Assembly: GCA_013265495.1 (NCBI GenBank)
Contig: MU057744.1
Coordinates: 124,001-188,000 of the forward strand
From: Vicugna vicugna
Taxonomy: Eukaryota
Reading direction: 5' to 3'
Length of the DNA: 64,000 bases
Shown here: positions 1 through 24,400 of the stretch, in pieces
How the letters are laid out: the number at the start of each line of letters is the position of its first letter
Position numbering within the stretch: position 1 is the stretch's first letter
Translations under genes and position numbers: made by a program
Notes under the pieces: model-generated
Told to the model about the DNA's origin: nothing
Seen by the model: the letters and a program-made list of their open reading frames with translations, nothing else
Databases searched by the model: none

Positions 1-257
1 GCCGCGCACCGCCCTCGTGACGTCACGCCCCGCGGCTTCTAAGGAAGCGCGCACTCTCGCGCCAACTCCCGACACCAACGCGAACGGCGGCAGGAGGCGC
101 CTCGGGGACGACGCCTAGGCCCCCGCGCAGGCGCAGAAGCGACGCGGGCGCCTCTGCTCAGGCACTGCCGCGGACGTCCCCGAGGGCCTCGGCAGCTGGA
201 GCCGGAAGTGACGCGCGCTCCCTCTTTCCGCGTTCCTCGCGGCGGGCGACGGATTGA

Positions 258-13257
<13,000 letters not shown>

Positions 13258-15964
13258 GAAGCAAATGTCAGTGTAATAAGCTCAATTAAAAATATTTTTT
13301 AAATCCTAACTGGGAAGATGCGCAGCTCTGGGGGGAGAGGGCAGGTGTGCTTGCGTGGACCGTCCTGCACTGAATCTACCACAGTTCGTCTTCACTCTGT
13401 GTAGATCCATTGGTCTGTTTTATTTATTTTTCCCAGTGAAAAGTGTATTTTGATAGAAAGCTTTTCATTTTATAAATACACTATGAGTTACTGAAATATG
13501 GACACTGTTTACTCCTAAGACATGCAGTTAGAATGCACATATAACATCATGTAACTGACATCAGAAACACCCAGTGCTCAGCTTTGAAAGATTGGCCAAA
13601 AAAAGTGTAGAAGAAAACTGAAGAATGCAATTTTTTAAAAAAGCTCTTACATTTTGCTATAGAAAATTGGATGGAAATTTGATTGTATATCTCAAAACTG
13701 AGCATTAAAATCTTGGAGAGAGTCTTCCTTTCCGGTTAATCTCTTAGATCCGTGTGATGTGCTGCGCTAACACCTTCCGCCCGCCGTGCATATTCGTCTT
13801 GTGATGTTTCTTTCAAACCGGTGGGCTTCCTGTGTTCTGGATAGTTCTCTCCTTGTATTTTAGGAATAAGTAGTTGCAGGTGGCACCAGGATCTAGATCT
13901 CTGCACACCCTGGTCCAGCCGAGTGAGCTTCTCCAGTTAACGTCTGCCCGCTCGCCTCTTTCATAACACTAGGGGCCTGGTTGCCAGTTCAGAGGCGCCC
14001 CTTCCAGCTGCTGGTTTCTTTGGTTCTGTCCAGTACCTTCACATCCCCCTTTTCTGAGGGATGTGTCTGGGCAACCAGCCCTTGCTTTTTTTTTTTTAAT
14101 ACTCTGAATTTTGCATGCTTGCCTGACTTAGTATTTCTGAATTGATTTTTTTTAAGTTATAACTTGTGTTGATTTTTTACTGAAATCATGGTTCTGTCAC
14201 TACTTCTGTAAACTAATCTGAAACTTAACCTTCAAGGTAACTGGGATGATACGCTTGTAACAGTGTGTGTTCCCCTTTGCTTCTGCCTTCAGTGTCCTTC
14301 CTTAGTCCCCTTCCAGCCTGGTTCATTGATCTTGTTAGGATGAGAACGAGGTGTCACCTTGTGGCTGAAGACTTGCAGAGAATGAAGGTAACGAGAGCTT
14401 TTATCCTCAAGATAGAGACGTATTACCTGCAGCCACAGCCAACATCAGAGCTGAGAATAAAGACCTGGGTCCTTGGTGGCGTCTGTTGAACTAAGCAGTA
14501 TTTCTCACTGTACAGGTTGCCTTTATTCTGTGTAAGTCTATGGAGAGACCTCATACTTTTCTTCTATGTACTAGATATTTTGTTTTACCTAAAAATTTTC
14601 CTTAAGTTTAACCTCGGGTTTTTGTGGTGGTTGCGATACTGCAGAAGTAGTTGCCTGCCTCTGGATTGCTGCGCAGCCTTGGGGAAATCCACACACACCT
14701 ATGAACCTGACCTCCATTGTTCCCATCTGTAAAATTAGAACGGCAGACTAGGTCACTCACATTTAAGGACTCTTCCTCAGGAACCTTCCAGGTTCACGAC
14801 TCCTGAACCCTTTAACATTGTGCTTTTTTTTTTTTTTTCAGTGACACTGCATGCTTGTGGGTGGGTGAGGTGGGGTGACCAGTACAAACGGGCTGGTTAG
14901 TCCGTTGTCCTAATCGGATCCCAAATCCAAAATAGTATAGTGGTGACGGGTCAGTGATGGATCGTGAAGCTTGGAAACGTCTTCTGTCCTGCACGTGCCC
15001 AGACAGAGCACGGACCGGGCAATTGGGAGGGAAGCGTGCACCTTGCGGGAGTCGGGGGATGCAGTGGGGAGGGAGCGAGGGCAAGGGAGGATGGACTCTG
15101 GGTGGGGAAGGAAGGGCAGGGGGCCGGCAGGAGTGAGGGCTCAGCCTAGACCTGAGGAGGGTGCCTACGAGGCGCCAGGAATGCTGTGGTGCAGCCCAGG
15201 CTGGGCATCCTTTGGTTTCTGAGAAATAATCAGCTTCGATCTAACGCTTACTGAGAAGGCAGTGACATCCTTACCTTAGAGCTGATATGCCAAGTACATC
15301 GGATTTAAATGACCGCTTTGGTGCTTTAAAATTAGCTCCCACTTTTGAAAGCTGGCTCTCCACAGGTCCTCTGCCCTGGACGCATACTTGGGGAACACTG
15401 TTTCCTAGCTGGTCTCCCACGGCAATGGGACCGGGCGGGAGTGATGCTGGCCGGGTGGTGCCCCCCAGGAGGTGCACAGGGTGACAATAGCTGGGACGTC
15501 CCGCGTGCTGGCGCTGCCCACTTGTCTGAAACCTTTGGAAATGGAAATGTGAGTGCACACTGGCCTGCTTCCTCGGCCAGAGACCCCTTGTTTGCTTCCA
15601 CAGTTTGCACTTAGAGCAACAGCATAGAAAACGGGCTTACCTGACAGCATCAGTGCTGTTCTGGTAACAGGTGGGGAGAACTCGGGTTCCCACCTACCTT
15701 ACGGCGTGCACAGCCTGTGCGGTGTGCACCGTGGGCAGTCAGCAGACGTTGGAGTCCTAGTCCCCCTCAGTGAGTTTGGTATTTGTATCATCTTGTCTGC
15801 CTTTCTGACCTTTTCAGCCTATGGACCAGAGTGTTTAATGAAATGTCATTGCAGAAGAGATCTTTGAGAAAGTTGGTATATCATGCAGATACACAGAACT
15901 TTCATTTCTTGTAACATAAAAAATGCAGTTTTATTATTGCTTGTGCCTCAGCTGTTAAAGTGAT

Positions 15965-15970
15965 ATTAAA
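15965..15970 (+). terminator. Probable distal TOMM20 poly(A) signal ATTAAA (3'UTR about 2.7 kb)
   Basis: ATTAAA followed by GU-rich ttttgtcttggtgtgtattt, preceded by AU-rich sequence; no transcript data. Confidence 0.55.
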
Positions 15971-16194
15971 GGGCTTGGAGAAAATTTTGTCTTGGTGTGT
16001 ATTTGCAGAACTGAATTCTGACTTACATGACTCAACATGGGGGGGGGACCTAACTTCCTCAGTTAACACTCCTTTGAGAATGTTGACAGCTGTGCTGCTG
16101 CTCCACGGGAAAACGGGCATTTATTTGCCTTTGACTTCAGGGGGTTCACTCATCTGTGTCAGCAGGTGAGGGTTCTGTGGAGGGAGGCTTGCCA

Positions 16195-16380
16195 CCTTTA
16201 GGGGTGTGGAATCACCTGGGAGCCTTGTTAAAGCCGGTTGAGGGGCCTACACATTGCTGCTTGGCAGGTTGATGGCCCCACACATTGCTGGGTGGCAGGT
16301 CTGGGCCAGGAACACACATCGACCAGCATTTCTAGCAAGTTCCCAGGTTTTGGTGATGTTGCTGGTCTGGGGTCATGAAT
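16195..16380. mobile_element. MER5-type hAT-Charlie relic
   Basis: gaatcacctgggagccttgttaaa...gcatttctagcaagttcccagg...tgatgttgctggtctgggg. Confidence 0.55.
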
Positions 16381-16612
16381 GTGACAGACAGTGATGCTCG
16401 GTGGGGAGGTGGAAACTGACTAGAAGCCCAGCTGTGTGACTGTCACTGGCACTCTGTAAAAATGAGGTGGGTGCTGAAAAGGCCTGCCAGCTGGTTGGGA
16501 ACACCCAGTACCCAGATAATGATCTGAAGCATAAAACCATCAGTTATCAGACTTTATAGGCCAGTCTATTTAAAGAGACTTTGGGAAATTTTTTTCAGAA
16601 AATAGTCAACTA

Positions 16613-16735
16613 AGGAGGGGAGGGTGTAGCTCAAGTGGTAGAGCGCATGCTTAGCGTGCATGAGGTCCTGGGTTCAGTCCCCAATCCCTCCTCAAGAAAT
16701 AAACCAAATTACCCCCCCAAGACAAAAAAAAACAC
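16613..16735 (+). mobile_element. tRNA-Ala-derived SINE with TSD agtcaacta (16604-16612/16736-16744)
   Basis: ggggagggtgtagctcaagtggtagagcgcatgcttagcgtgcatgaggtcctgggttcagtcccc, tail and TSD. Confidence 0.9.
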
Positions 16736-16927
16736 AGTCAACTAGATGAGTCAGGCAGAAATGACATTCCCTAAGCATTGTTAACAGTTTTAAAATTTTT
16801 ACTCCGCAATGTGATTCAAATGGGTTTATTTTCTTTTTAAACACAGGTTTTTAAATAAAATATATGTAATTGTTACAGGTTTTCTTCACCTACAACTGTG
16901 TTCTGGAAATAGTCCAGGAGGCATTTC

Positions 16928-16998
16928 GGAGGTACTGAATTCTTTAATTTCCACCAAACAGGCATGCACTCTGCCACTGAGCTATATACCCTGCCCCC
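16928..16998 (-). mobile_element. Rearranged or partial tRNA-derived SINE
   Basis: gcatgcactctgccactgagctatataccctgccccc (5' half) plus ggaggtactg; B-box region replaced. Confidence 0.65.
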
Positions 16999-17840
16999 TC
17001 TAAGGGCCATATTTTAAAGACCCAGTAGGTTTTCCTTGCACTCTGCCCAAAAGAAAGGACTTTCACGATAATCGGTAACTCACTGTCCTCCAGCCCCCCT
17101 TGCCCACTTAACCTGATGCATGTTACCACAGACTGAGCCTGCCTCAGGCCAGCCCCCGGTTCACTCCCTCCTTCCCGGATGCAGGCCCAGCTTGGTGAGA
17201 CTGTGGGAGGGGCGTGGCCCTACGGCCCAGTTAAGTCCCGAGGGAATGCAGTAGCAGTCTCTCCCCTTAGGCTGTATACTTGGACTTAATTACCATATTG
17301 CATCAGAAATGTTTTCTCTATGATTTTTTAAAAATACAGTTTGATTCTATTGGGTAGCAATTTAAGAATCACAAGTTTTCCTGGGAGAGTATTTCAAATT
17401 AAAAATAGAAATCTCTGTAGCCAGTTTACCAAAGGCTTCTATAACCAGCCTAACCACCAGTTAAGAATAAGAAAGCAACATTTGCTACAAAGTTTCTGTT
17501 GGTTCATTATTAGGGTAATGAAATTAAAACCCATAACCCATCTACCTTAAGCGCAAGAGAAGAGTGGCTATGATATAAGTCCTCAAGCCTTCCTTCTCAG
17601 GGATTAGGGTCTGACCTGAGGCCTGTGTTCCCACTTTAGTTATCTGGATACTTTGTTTAGGTACAGTCAGTATAAGGTTTCATTTTTCTTGAGACTTTTT
17701 TTTTTTTTTGCGACTCTTAATTTAGTCTCATCCCAAGTAATTCTTAACATAACTGAAGTGTTAAATTACATACTTCTGACATATTAAAATGATACATAAT
17801 CACTAAAATTCTAAATGTTCACCATAAATCTAATTCACAC

Positions 17841-17912
17841 AGGGACCAGGGATCGAGCCCAGGACCTCAAGCATGCTAAGCACATGCTCTACCCCTAAGC
17901 GTACCCCCTCCC
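17841..17912 (-). mobile_element. tRNA-Ala-derived SINE
   Basis: gggatcgagcccaggacctcaagcatgctaagcacatgctctacccctaagcgtaccccctccc. Confidence 0.8.
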
Positions 17913-18089
17913 TGTTCACCCCAAGTCTGAGCCTCCTCAGACCGTCAGCGCACTGCATGGTGACTAACCTGCCTACACCTTCAGTGCCTCCGGGACTGTG
18001 ACAGCGTGAGTAAATGGAAAAAGTGTCCATGCTTCACATGCACCATCCATTAAAAAGTCCTGAAACCCAATACAGGGACTCACGACACT

Positions 18090-18095
18090 TTTATT
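18090..18095 (-). terminator. RBM34 poly(A) signal AATAAA
   Basis: tttatt on + strand, 37 nt past the stop codon, followed on the - strand by GU-rich gtgtcgtg...tgtattgggtttc. Confidence 0.75.
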
Positions 18096-18132
18096 ACCAG
18101 TAAGTGGAAAAAAACCCCAGAACTTCAGGTTG

Positions 18133-18405
18133 TTACTTCTGTTTTTTCTTAGTTTGTCCATGTTTCCTCTGTCCTTTCTTTTTCTTCTTAATGAGAACAG
18201 CCTTTTCTCCAATAAACAAACTTTTAGAATGTTGAACATTGTTTGAAGCAAAATTAAGTCCCTGCTCAGGTTTACTGACGTTCTTCGAAGTAGGATTTGA
18301 ATTTTGTTTTAACTTTCCTTTATGAACGGAACGCATGACTCTGAGTTTCCTTCCCATCAGTTCAGAATTATTTAATTTCAGAGCAAGATGAACAGCATCT
18401 GTATT
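18133..18405 (-). CDS. RBM34: RBM34 coding exon 11 (last), stop TAA
   Basis: ttttacttcag| NTDAVHLALKLNNSELMGRKLRVMRSVHK...KKKQK*. Confidence 0.95.
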   Translation of the reverse strand, partial: NTDAVHLALKLNNSELMGRKLRVMRSVHKGKLKQNSNPTSKNVSKPEQGLNFASNNVQHSKSLFIGEKAVLIKKKKKGQRKHGQTKKKQK

Positions 18406-21400
18406 CTGAAGTAAAAAAAAAAATTATATACACCAGTTAAGATTTTTTCCACCAGAATCTCATCTGCAAAGAAACCAGTAAAACAGACTTAAACGGATCA
18501 GAACAACTTTCAGGCTTGCACATAGATACTCCCCCCCCCCCGCATTTCCACAGCCAAGGAGTCCAGTCCCAAGTGTCCTCAGAGCTCTGCCTGTGGTGTA
18601 ATCCAGCCCCCCGGGAAGCACTCCGGCTGCCTTGTCGAAGGATCAGGAAAGGCACAGTCCAAGAGGCTTCATTCTCTCAGCGTCAGACTCAGGTCGAACT
18701 AACGAGCTGCGTGCGTTGCAGTCTCCCCCTCACAAGGCTCTCAAGCTCTTCCTGCAAAAGCCCCGCCGCAGGAGGCGCCCGAGAGCAGGAAACTAGTCCC
18801 TGAGCCATTGGACAAGACGCCCTGTAGGGGTCCAAGGCTCCCGTTCTTTTACTCGGATGCAGAGCCGCTAAGCGCTAACCTGAATGTTCACAGGCCTGCG
18901 GTTACAGGGCTTTACGGACTTCCCGGCAGCAGGGCAGGGAAGGCAGCGGGGAACTGCGCTGCAGGAACGACCGAAGCACCGGGCGCCACCTGGTAACAGG
19001 CGCCACGTGTCTTGACCTGGTTAGTAAGAACCCACTGGGGAGCCTTCCTGAAGAAGGAGTCCAGAAATGGAGGCAAACATTTGAAGGAAAAGGACATAAC
19101 CACGCCAGTTTCACTATTACAGCGGAAAAGAGACTCGGGCACTCCTCTACCTGAGTGTACAACTCCTTCCCCATTTTACAGAAGGTGGGGGTTCAGAGAT
19201 TCCATGCCTCTCCTATCCAGTCTATGGAACATTACTGAATAGCATTAACGTGGACAAAGAACGCAAAGGTTTTCTGGCCCCCGCAATCACAGGTACAGTA
19301 CTCTCTCACGGCGGTTATGAATCTGGTTTTCTTAAGCCGGAATCTGAGGGTGACAGTTCTCTGAGCGGTGGGCCAGCCTCTCCCAGCACACGTCAAACGG
19401 CAGTGACGACACAAGCCTCCGTACCTCGAAGAGCACGTAGCCAAACCCTCTGCCGGCTCCTGTGACCTGGTCTCTCACAACCCTCACCGCCACGACGCTG
19501 CCACAGTCCAGAAAGTGCTTCTCCACTGCAGATTCTTCAATTTCTAAAAACAAATTCAACCGAAGTGGGAGCAAAGATGTGGGACCGCCTTAGAAAAGCT
19601 GGGGATGTTCAGTCACAGGGCAGGTTAAGCACAGCCCCACGACGCTGGTCAAGCTACACTCCACGCGTTTTAAAGTTACTCTTAAGGCAAAACAGGAAGT
19701 TACTACTCAGCTGTTCCATGTTACCTCGGCGATAAACAGGCACTTCACCTGTTTAAACCAACTTACTGTACGGCAGATTCCCCACGAATACAGATCTCTT
19801 GTCCCTCTGAAACACAGAAGGGGTCGTCATCACTCACTGGGACGGAGAAGGGACGCAGCCCACAGCCCACCCTTCCCTCTCCCCGCGTGGGTGTGACGGG
19901 TCCCCCTCCTGACTGCTGTCCCCCCGGCTGGAGTGAGGGTGACCCTGGGGTGGGGGAGGGGTCCTGTTCACAGGGGCCACTGACAGGCAGCAGCGGCCAG
20001 AAAGGGGCGCTCTGCTGGGGCGGGGGCTGCTCCTGCGAAGGGCCAGCCCTGCGGGCCACGTGGGCTCCGCGCTCCAACAGCAACCGTAGCGCCGCCCCTC
20101 CCGACACCCCACCCACCAGCGACGGCACCAAGCCCCGCCCCAAGCCAGTTAGGCTCCAGTCCCCACCATTCATCCTGCTCAGTACGTTTCTGCCTGGGTG
20201 CCAACTCATCTTGCCAGACGAGACTCACACCCGTTCTCCTGGAAGCCCTCGGCCCCTTCCTGCAGCAGCCCCCAGAGTCGGGTGCCCTGTTCCGAGCTGA
20301 CAAAGCGGCCTGTAAATTTATGACCGCGGTTCTCATCAAACAGGGCGTGGTCGGCCCGCCTGCTCACCTCCACCTGCACCCGGGAGGGCCTCACACTGTC
20401 GGTGCGTGACTCGGCGCCAGGCGCGGGGGAGCCCTCACACTCCCTCCGGCCTGCCCCCCGCGGTCGCCTGGAAGCGCACGCTGACCGAGGTCCCTGGGCC
20501 ACTCAGGCACCCATGCTGTGACCACAGAGGGAAAGGCTGTCCCCGCCGCTTCCCCACGTGACCTGCGGGCCCCACGCCTTCCAAGCCCCAGCTCAGAACA
20601 CGCTTCCCTTCCACACGGCGCCGGTTAAATTCCTCACACAACTCAAGCGGGACTTACAGATGAGCTCTCCGATGCAAGATCCACTCTAATCCGAAATCCA
20701 TCTGCAATTTGGGCCCCATTTCTGTTACAAATATGAAGGGAAAATGGCTGTTAAAAATGGGCACCGAATTCCTGGGTTATTCGCTCTGAAGGGAAACCAA
20801 AGAACCAAACACGTATCACACAGACTCAGATACGCTAATTACGTTCGAACATCAGAGAGAGAAACGTTACCTTTCCAGTGCTCTTGTAGCCGCGCTCTCA
20901 TCCTTGAACACAACATAAGCATTAATGTTTTTCTGATCAGGGTGAACTTTACGTCTGCCCAAAAAAAAACAACAACAACAAAAAACACAACATAAATGTA
21001 TTAATCTCAAAATCACTAAAATACGTAACTATCGTCTATTTTCCACTGTCAGTCAACACATGAGAAGAATTCCTGGGGCAAGTTTCGTCTCTTTTAATAA
21101 ACATTTAGTAATAACTCAAAAAATAACACACAACGTGTACAGATACTGGCTGAAACATGCCGCCCACGCCTCTTACCAGCCATCGCTGCGGAGATGGGAG
21201 GGACAACCTCAGGTCTCCTTTTTACCGTCAAGTAAAAACCACACTCACACGCGCACACACACGCAGAGCTTAGACCACTACGAACAGGGCAACGGCCCAG
21301 ACTCCTCCTCCGCGGCCCTTCCATCCGCCTGCTGCCTGTCCTCGCCTTCAGAGGCGACCACCACCCCCACTTTTACAGGAACCGCTTCCTGCATGTCTAT

Positions 21401-24400
21401 GTGGTTTTATCACTCAAGTCTCTACTCCTAGACCTACTTTGGTCTTGTCCATTCTTCAACTTGAAAAGCCTTTTGAATCCTGTTTAATCTAGAGAATTTT
21501 CCCTTTCTCTCTCTTTTTTACTGATGTACAGTGTGTTAGTTTCTGCAGGAGGACAGCACAGGGAGCCAGTTACGCACATGTCTTCTTCTTCATACCCTTT
21601 TTCACTGCAGGTTATTCCAGACGTGGCTGTGGTTCCCTGTGCTGTACAGTAGGACGTTGCTGTTTATCTCTTTACACACAGTAGTTTTTATCTGCGAATC
21701 TCAAACTCCTAATCTACCCCTTCCCCACCCTCTTCCCCTTTGGTAACCATAGTTTGTTTCCTATGACTGCGTCTCTTTTTGATTGTAAGTTCATTGGTGT
21801 CCTTCTTTTTTTAGGTCCCACGTATAAGTGACACCCTAATACTGCTCTTCCTCTGTCTGGCTTACCTCACTTGGTATTACCATCTCCAGGCCCATCCAGA
21901 CGGCACTACTTCATTCGATTTCTCTGTCTGTCTGTCTGACTGTCTGACCTATAGAATTTCTCTGGAAAAACCTGGCCAGCCAGCAGCAACCAGACAATAT
22001 CTCTGATTTTAAGATGCATCTTTATTTTTAAAACATTAAAGGATGGGGAAATGTGCATCTTGGAACTGATGAAATATGGCACTTGATTTATAATAGAACA
22101 TTTAGGTACAAAACTTTCTGAATTCTCTTTAAACACTATGTCTGATTAAACGTCGCTGAAATTTCTCATGGCACATTTTCTAATAAGTTATCTTGCAGTT
22201 CTTTCCATGACTCTACAATTTACATTTAGGCTTAAAGACACACATCCGACAAATGGATATGCTATTACAGACATAAGAAAATAATGCTGCATGATGTTTC
22301 ATCCGAATATAAAAAGCTATACAGTTAAGAAATGATCTCAATTTTAACCAAAATGGAAGAGAGTTTAAGACTCCTCCCTTTCTCAAATTATAAACTTACG
22401 TTATTGCTGCCAACTTTTTGGACAAAGTGCCCTCTGCTGGAATCTTTTAAGAGAAAAAAAAATATTAAAGAAAATTCAATATCTGAAATGTTTCAAATCA
22501 GTTGTATTTTCATTAATTGAATTCTAAATCTCTAATTCTGATGTGATTAAAAACATTATAAGGAAATACTGAATCAGAAACAACTGTCCTAATGGTGTAT
22601 GAACGGGACCTGGTAGCTGAGGACAAAAATTTCCAATGGTTTAAAAAAAAAATTCCAATAATACCACCATATTCAGATCATCAGGCAGTGGCCCTGCAGC
22701 CAGGCGGAAGGGACACTCTGCGCCCTCAGACCGCGTCAGATGGCTTGAGCTCTGGCCACAAAGGGGCAACAATGGCGAGGACACACATGAAAAGGGTTAA
22801 GGAAAACTGTTTCATGAGTTTTCAGTGTGGAAAGCGTGGAAAGAAGTGACACTTCTAAATTAACATTTCATTGTCTTGCTATAGGATTTTAAATGTCTAA
22901 CTAAATTCATAAATAATATAAGAAGACATATTACTTCATCCATACCTTTTAAGTTTATATATGCCAGTTAGCAATAGATAAATAAATAAATAAATAAAAC
23001 CCCTCAGTGTCTGAACTGGACAAATACGGGAAGTTCCCCCTTCATGTTCAGGGTTACTTTATTCCCAGCCAGAGGTGGCACCTCAGGGTGAAGAGGGCAG
23101 GCAGGGGAGACTACGGAGAAGGGGGAAGCTCATGTCAACAGCTCTGACTGTCAGCAAAACGCAAGCACAGCCAGGCCCTGAGAAACAGAGGCGAGAAGGC
23201 AGAGTCTCCAAGTCCACGGTCCAGGCACGTCTATGGACACCAGGCTCATTTAGGGCAGTTATTACTGATCTCCTTCGGAGAACTTACTTCTTTCGGAGTC
23301 ATCTGATAGTTTATATAGTAAAACTAAGAAATCGTTAACTATTTCGTCTCAGTCTGTCCTGCTCAAACTAACACAGAGTCAAACTCTCAAAAAACAGAAA
23401 AAAGCACAAGATGTGAGAAACACCCACACGAGTGATCAACATGTGAATGCCAGTCATCAAAACAGGCCTGTGGGGCACCTTCTAGGAGCCCTCAAGGATC
23501 TCTGTCCTGTTACTGGAGATACGAGTGAGTATAACATAAGGCAGTAAAGTGAAGAATTTAGAGGAAAAAATGCCACTCAGTGGGATAAAGAATAAAAGGC
23601 CTGAATAAGTGACATTTTAACTGCCCACTGAAAAATACGTATTATCTTCACCGGCAAAATGGGACTTGGAAGGATTCCTAGACTACGTATCTTGGAATAG
23701 TCTAGGAATCCTTCTGAGTAGTTGGGATACTACTCAGCCACGAAAAAGGACATCTTGCCACCTGTGACTACACGTATGGACGTTGAGGGTACTGTGCTAA
23801 GTGAAATGAGTCAGACGGAGGCTGTACTATGTCACTTAAGTGTGGGATTTAAAACACAAAACAAAACTAAGAAAACAAAACTCACAGACACAGAGAACAG
23901 TGGGTATGGGGACAGCTGGTAACTAGACTGTGTGACCACTTTGCAGGATGTGCAAAGATGGCACTGTTACGCTGAATATTACCTAAAACTAACATGCCAT
24001 GTACCAGTTTTACCTCCATAAGAAAACACAGCTGAACCGAGGGAAAGGACAAGGGAGAGAAAGCCCACGCAGACGGCGGGCCAGGAGGGCCGCCCGGGCT
24101 GCAGGCCAGTACCGTGTGGAGGACGCAGGGCCTCAGGGCCACCTGTGCAGGCCATCAGGCTAAGAACTGAGGACACTGACTGTGGGAAGAACACAAAGCT
24201 TTCAGTCAATTCCATGCATATTTGAGGCACACAGTGTGCAGGAGTCGTGACCCCAGACGGAGCGAGGCACACAGGCATCTGTAATCACAGCCTCTGGTCC
24301 ACTGGGGCAGAGGAATAATGTGACGGTGACAGCGCAGCATCCCCAGGACCAGAACAGAGCACTGGGTGGAGGGCACGCGGCAGGGCCCCTGCGCCACCAA

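Noticed and set aside
19763..20641. Cluster of 68-148 aa ORFs in RBM34 intron 8
   Set aside because: Low-complexity G/P/R-rich translations with no recognisable domain; artefact of GC richness
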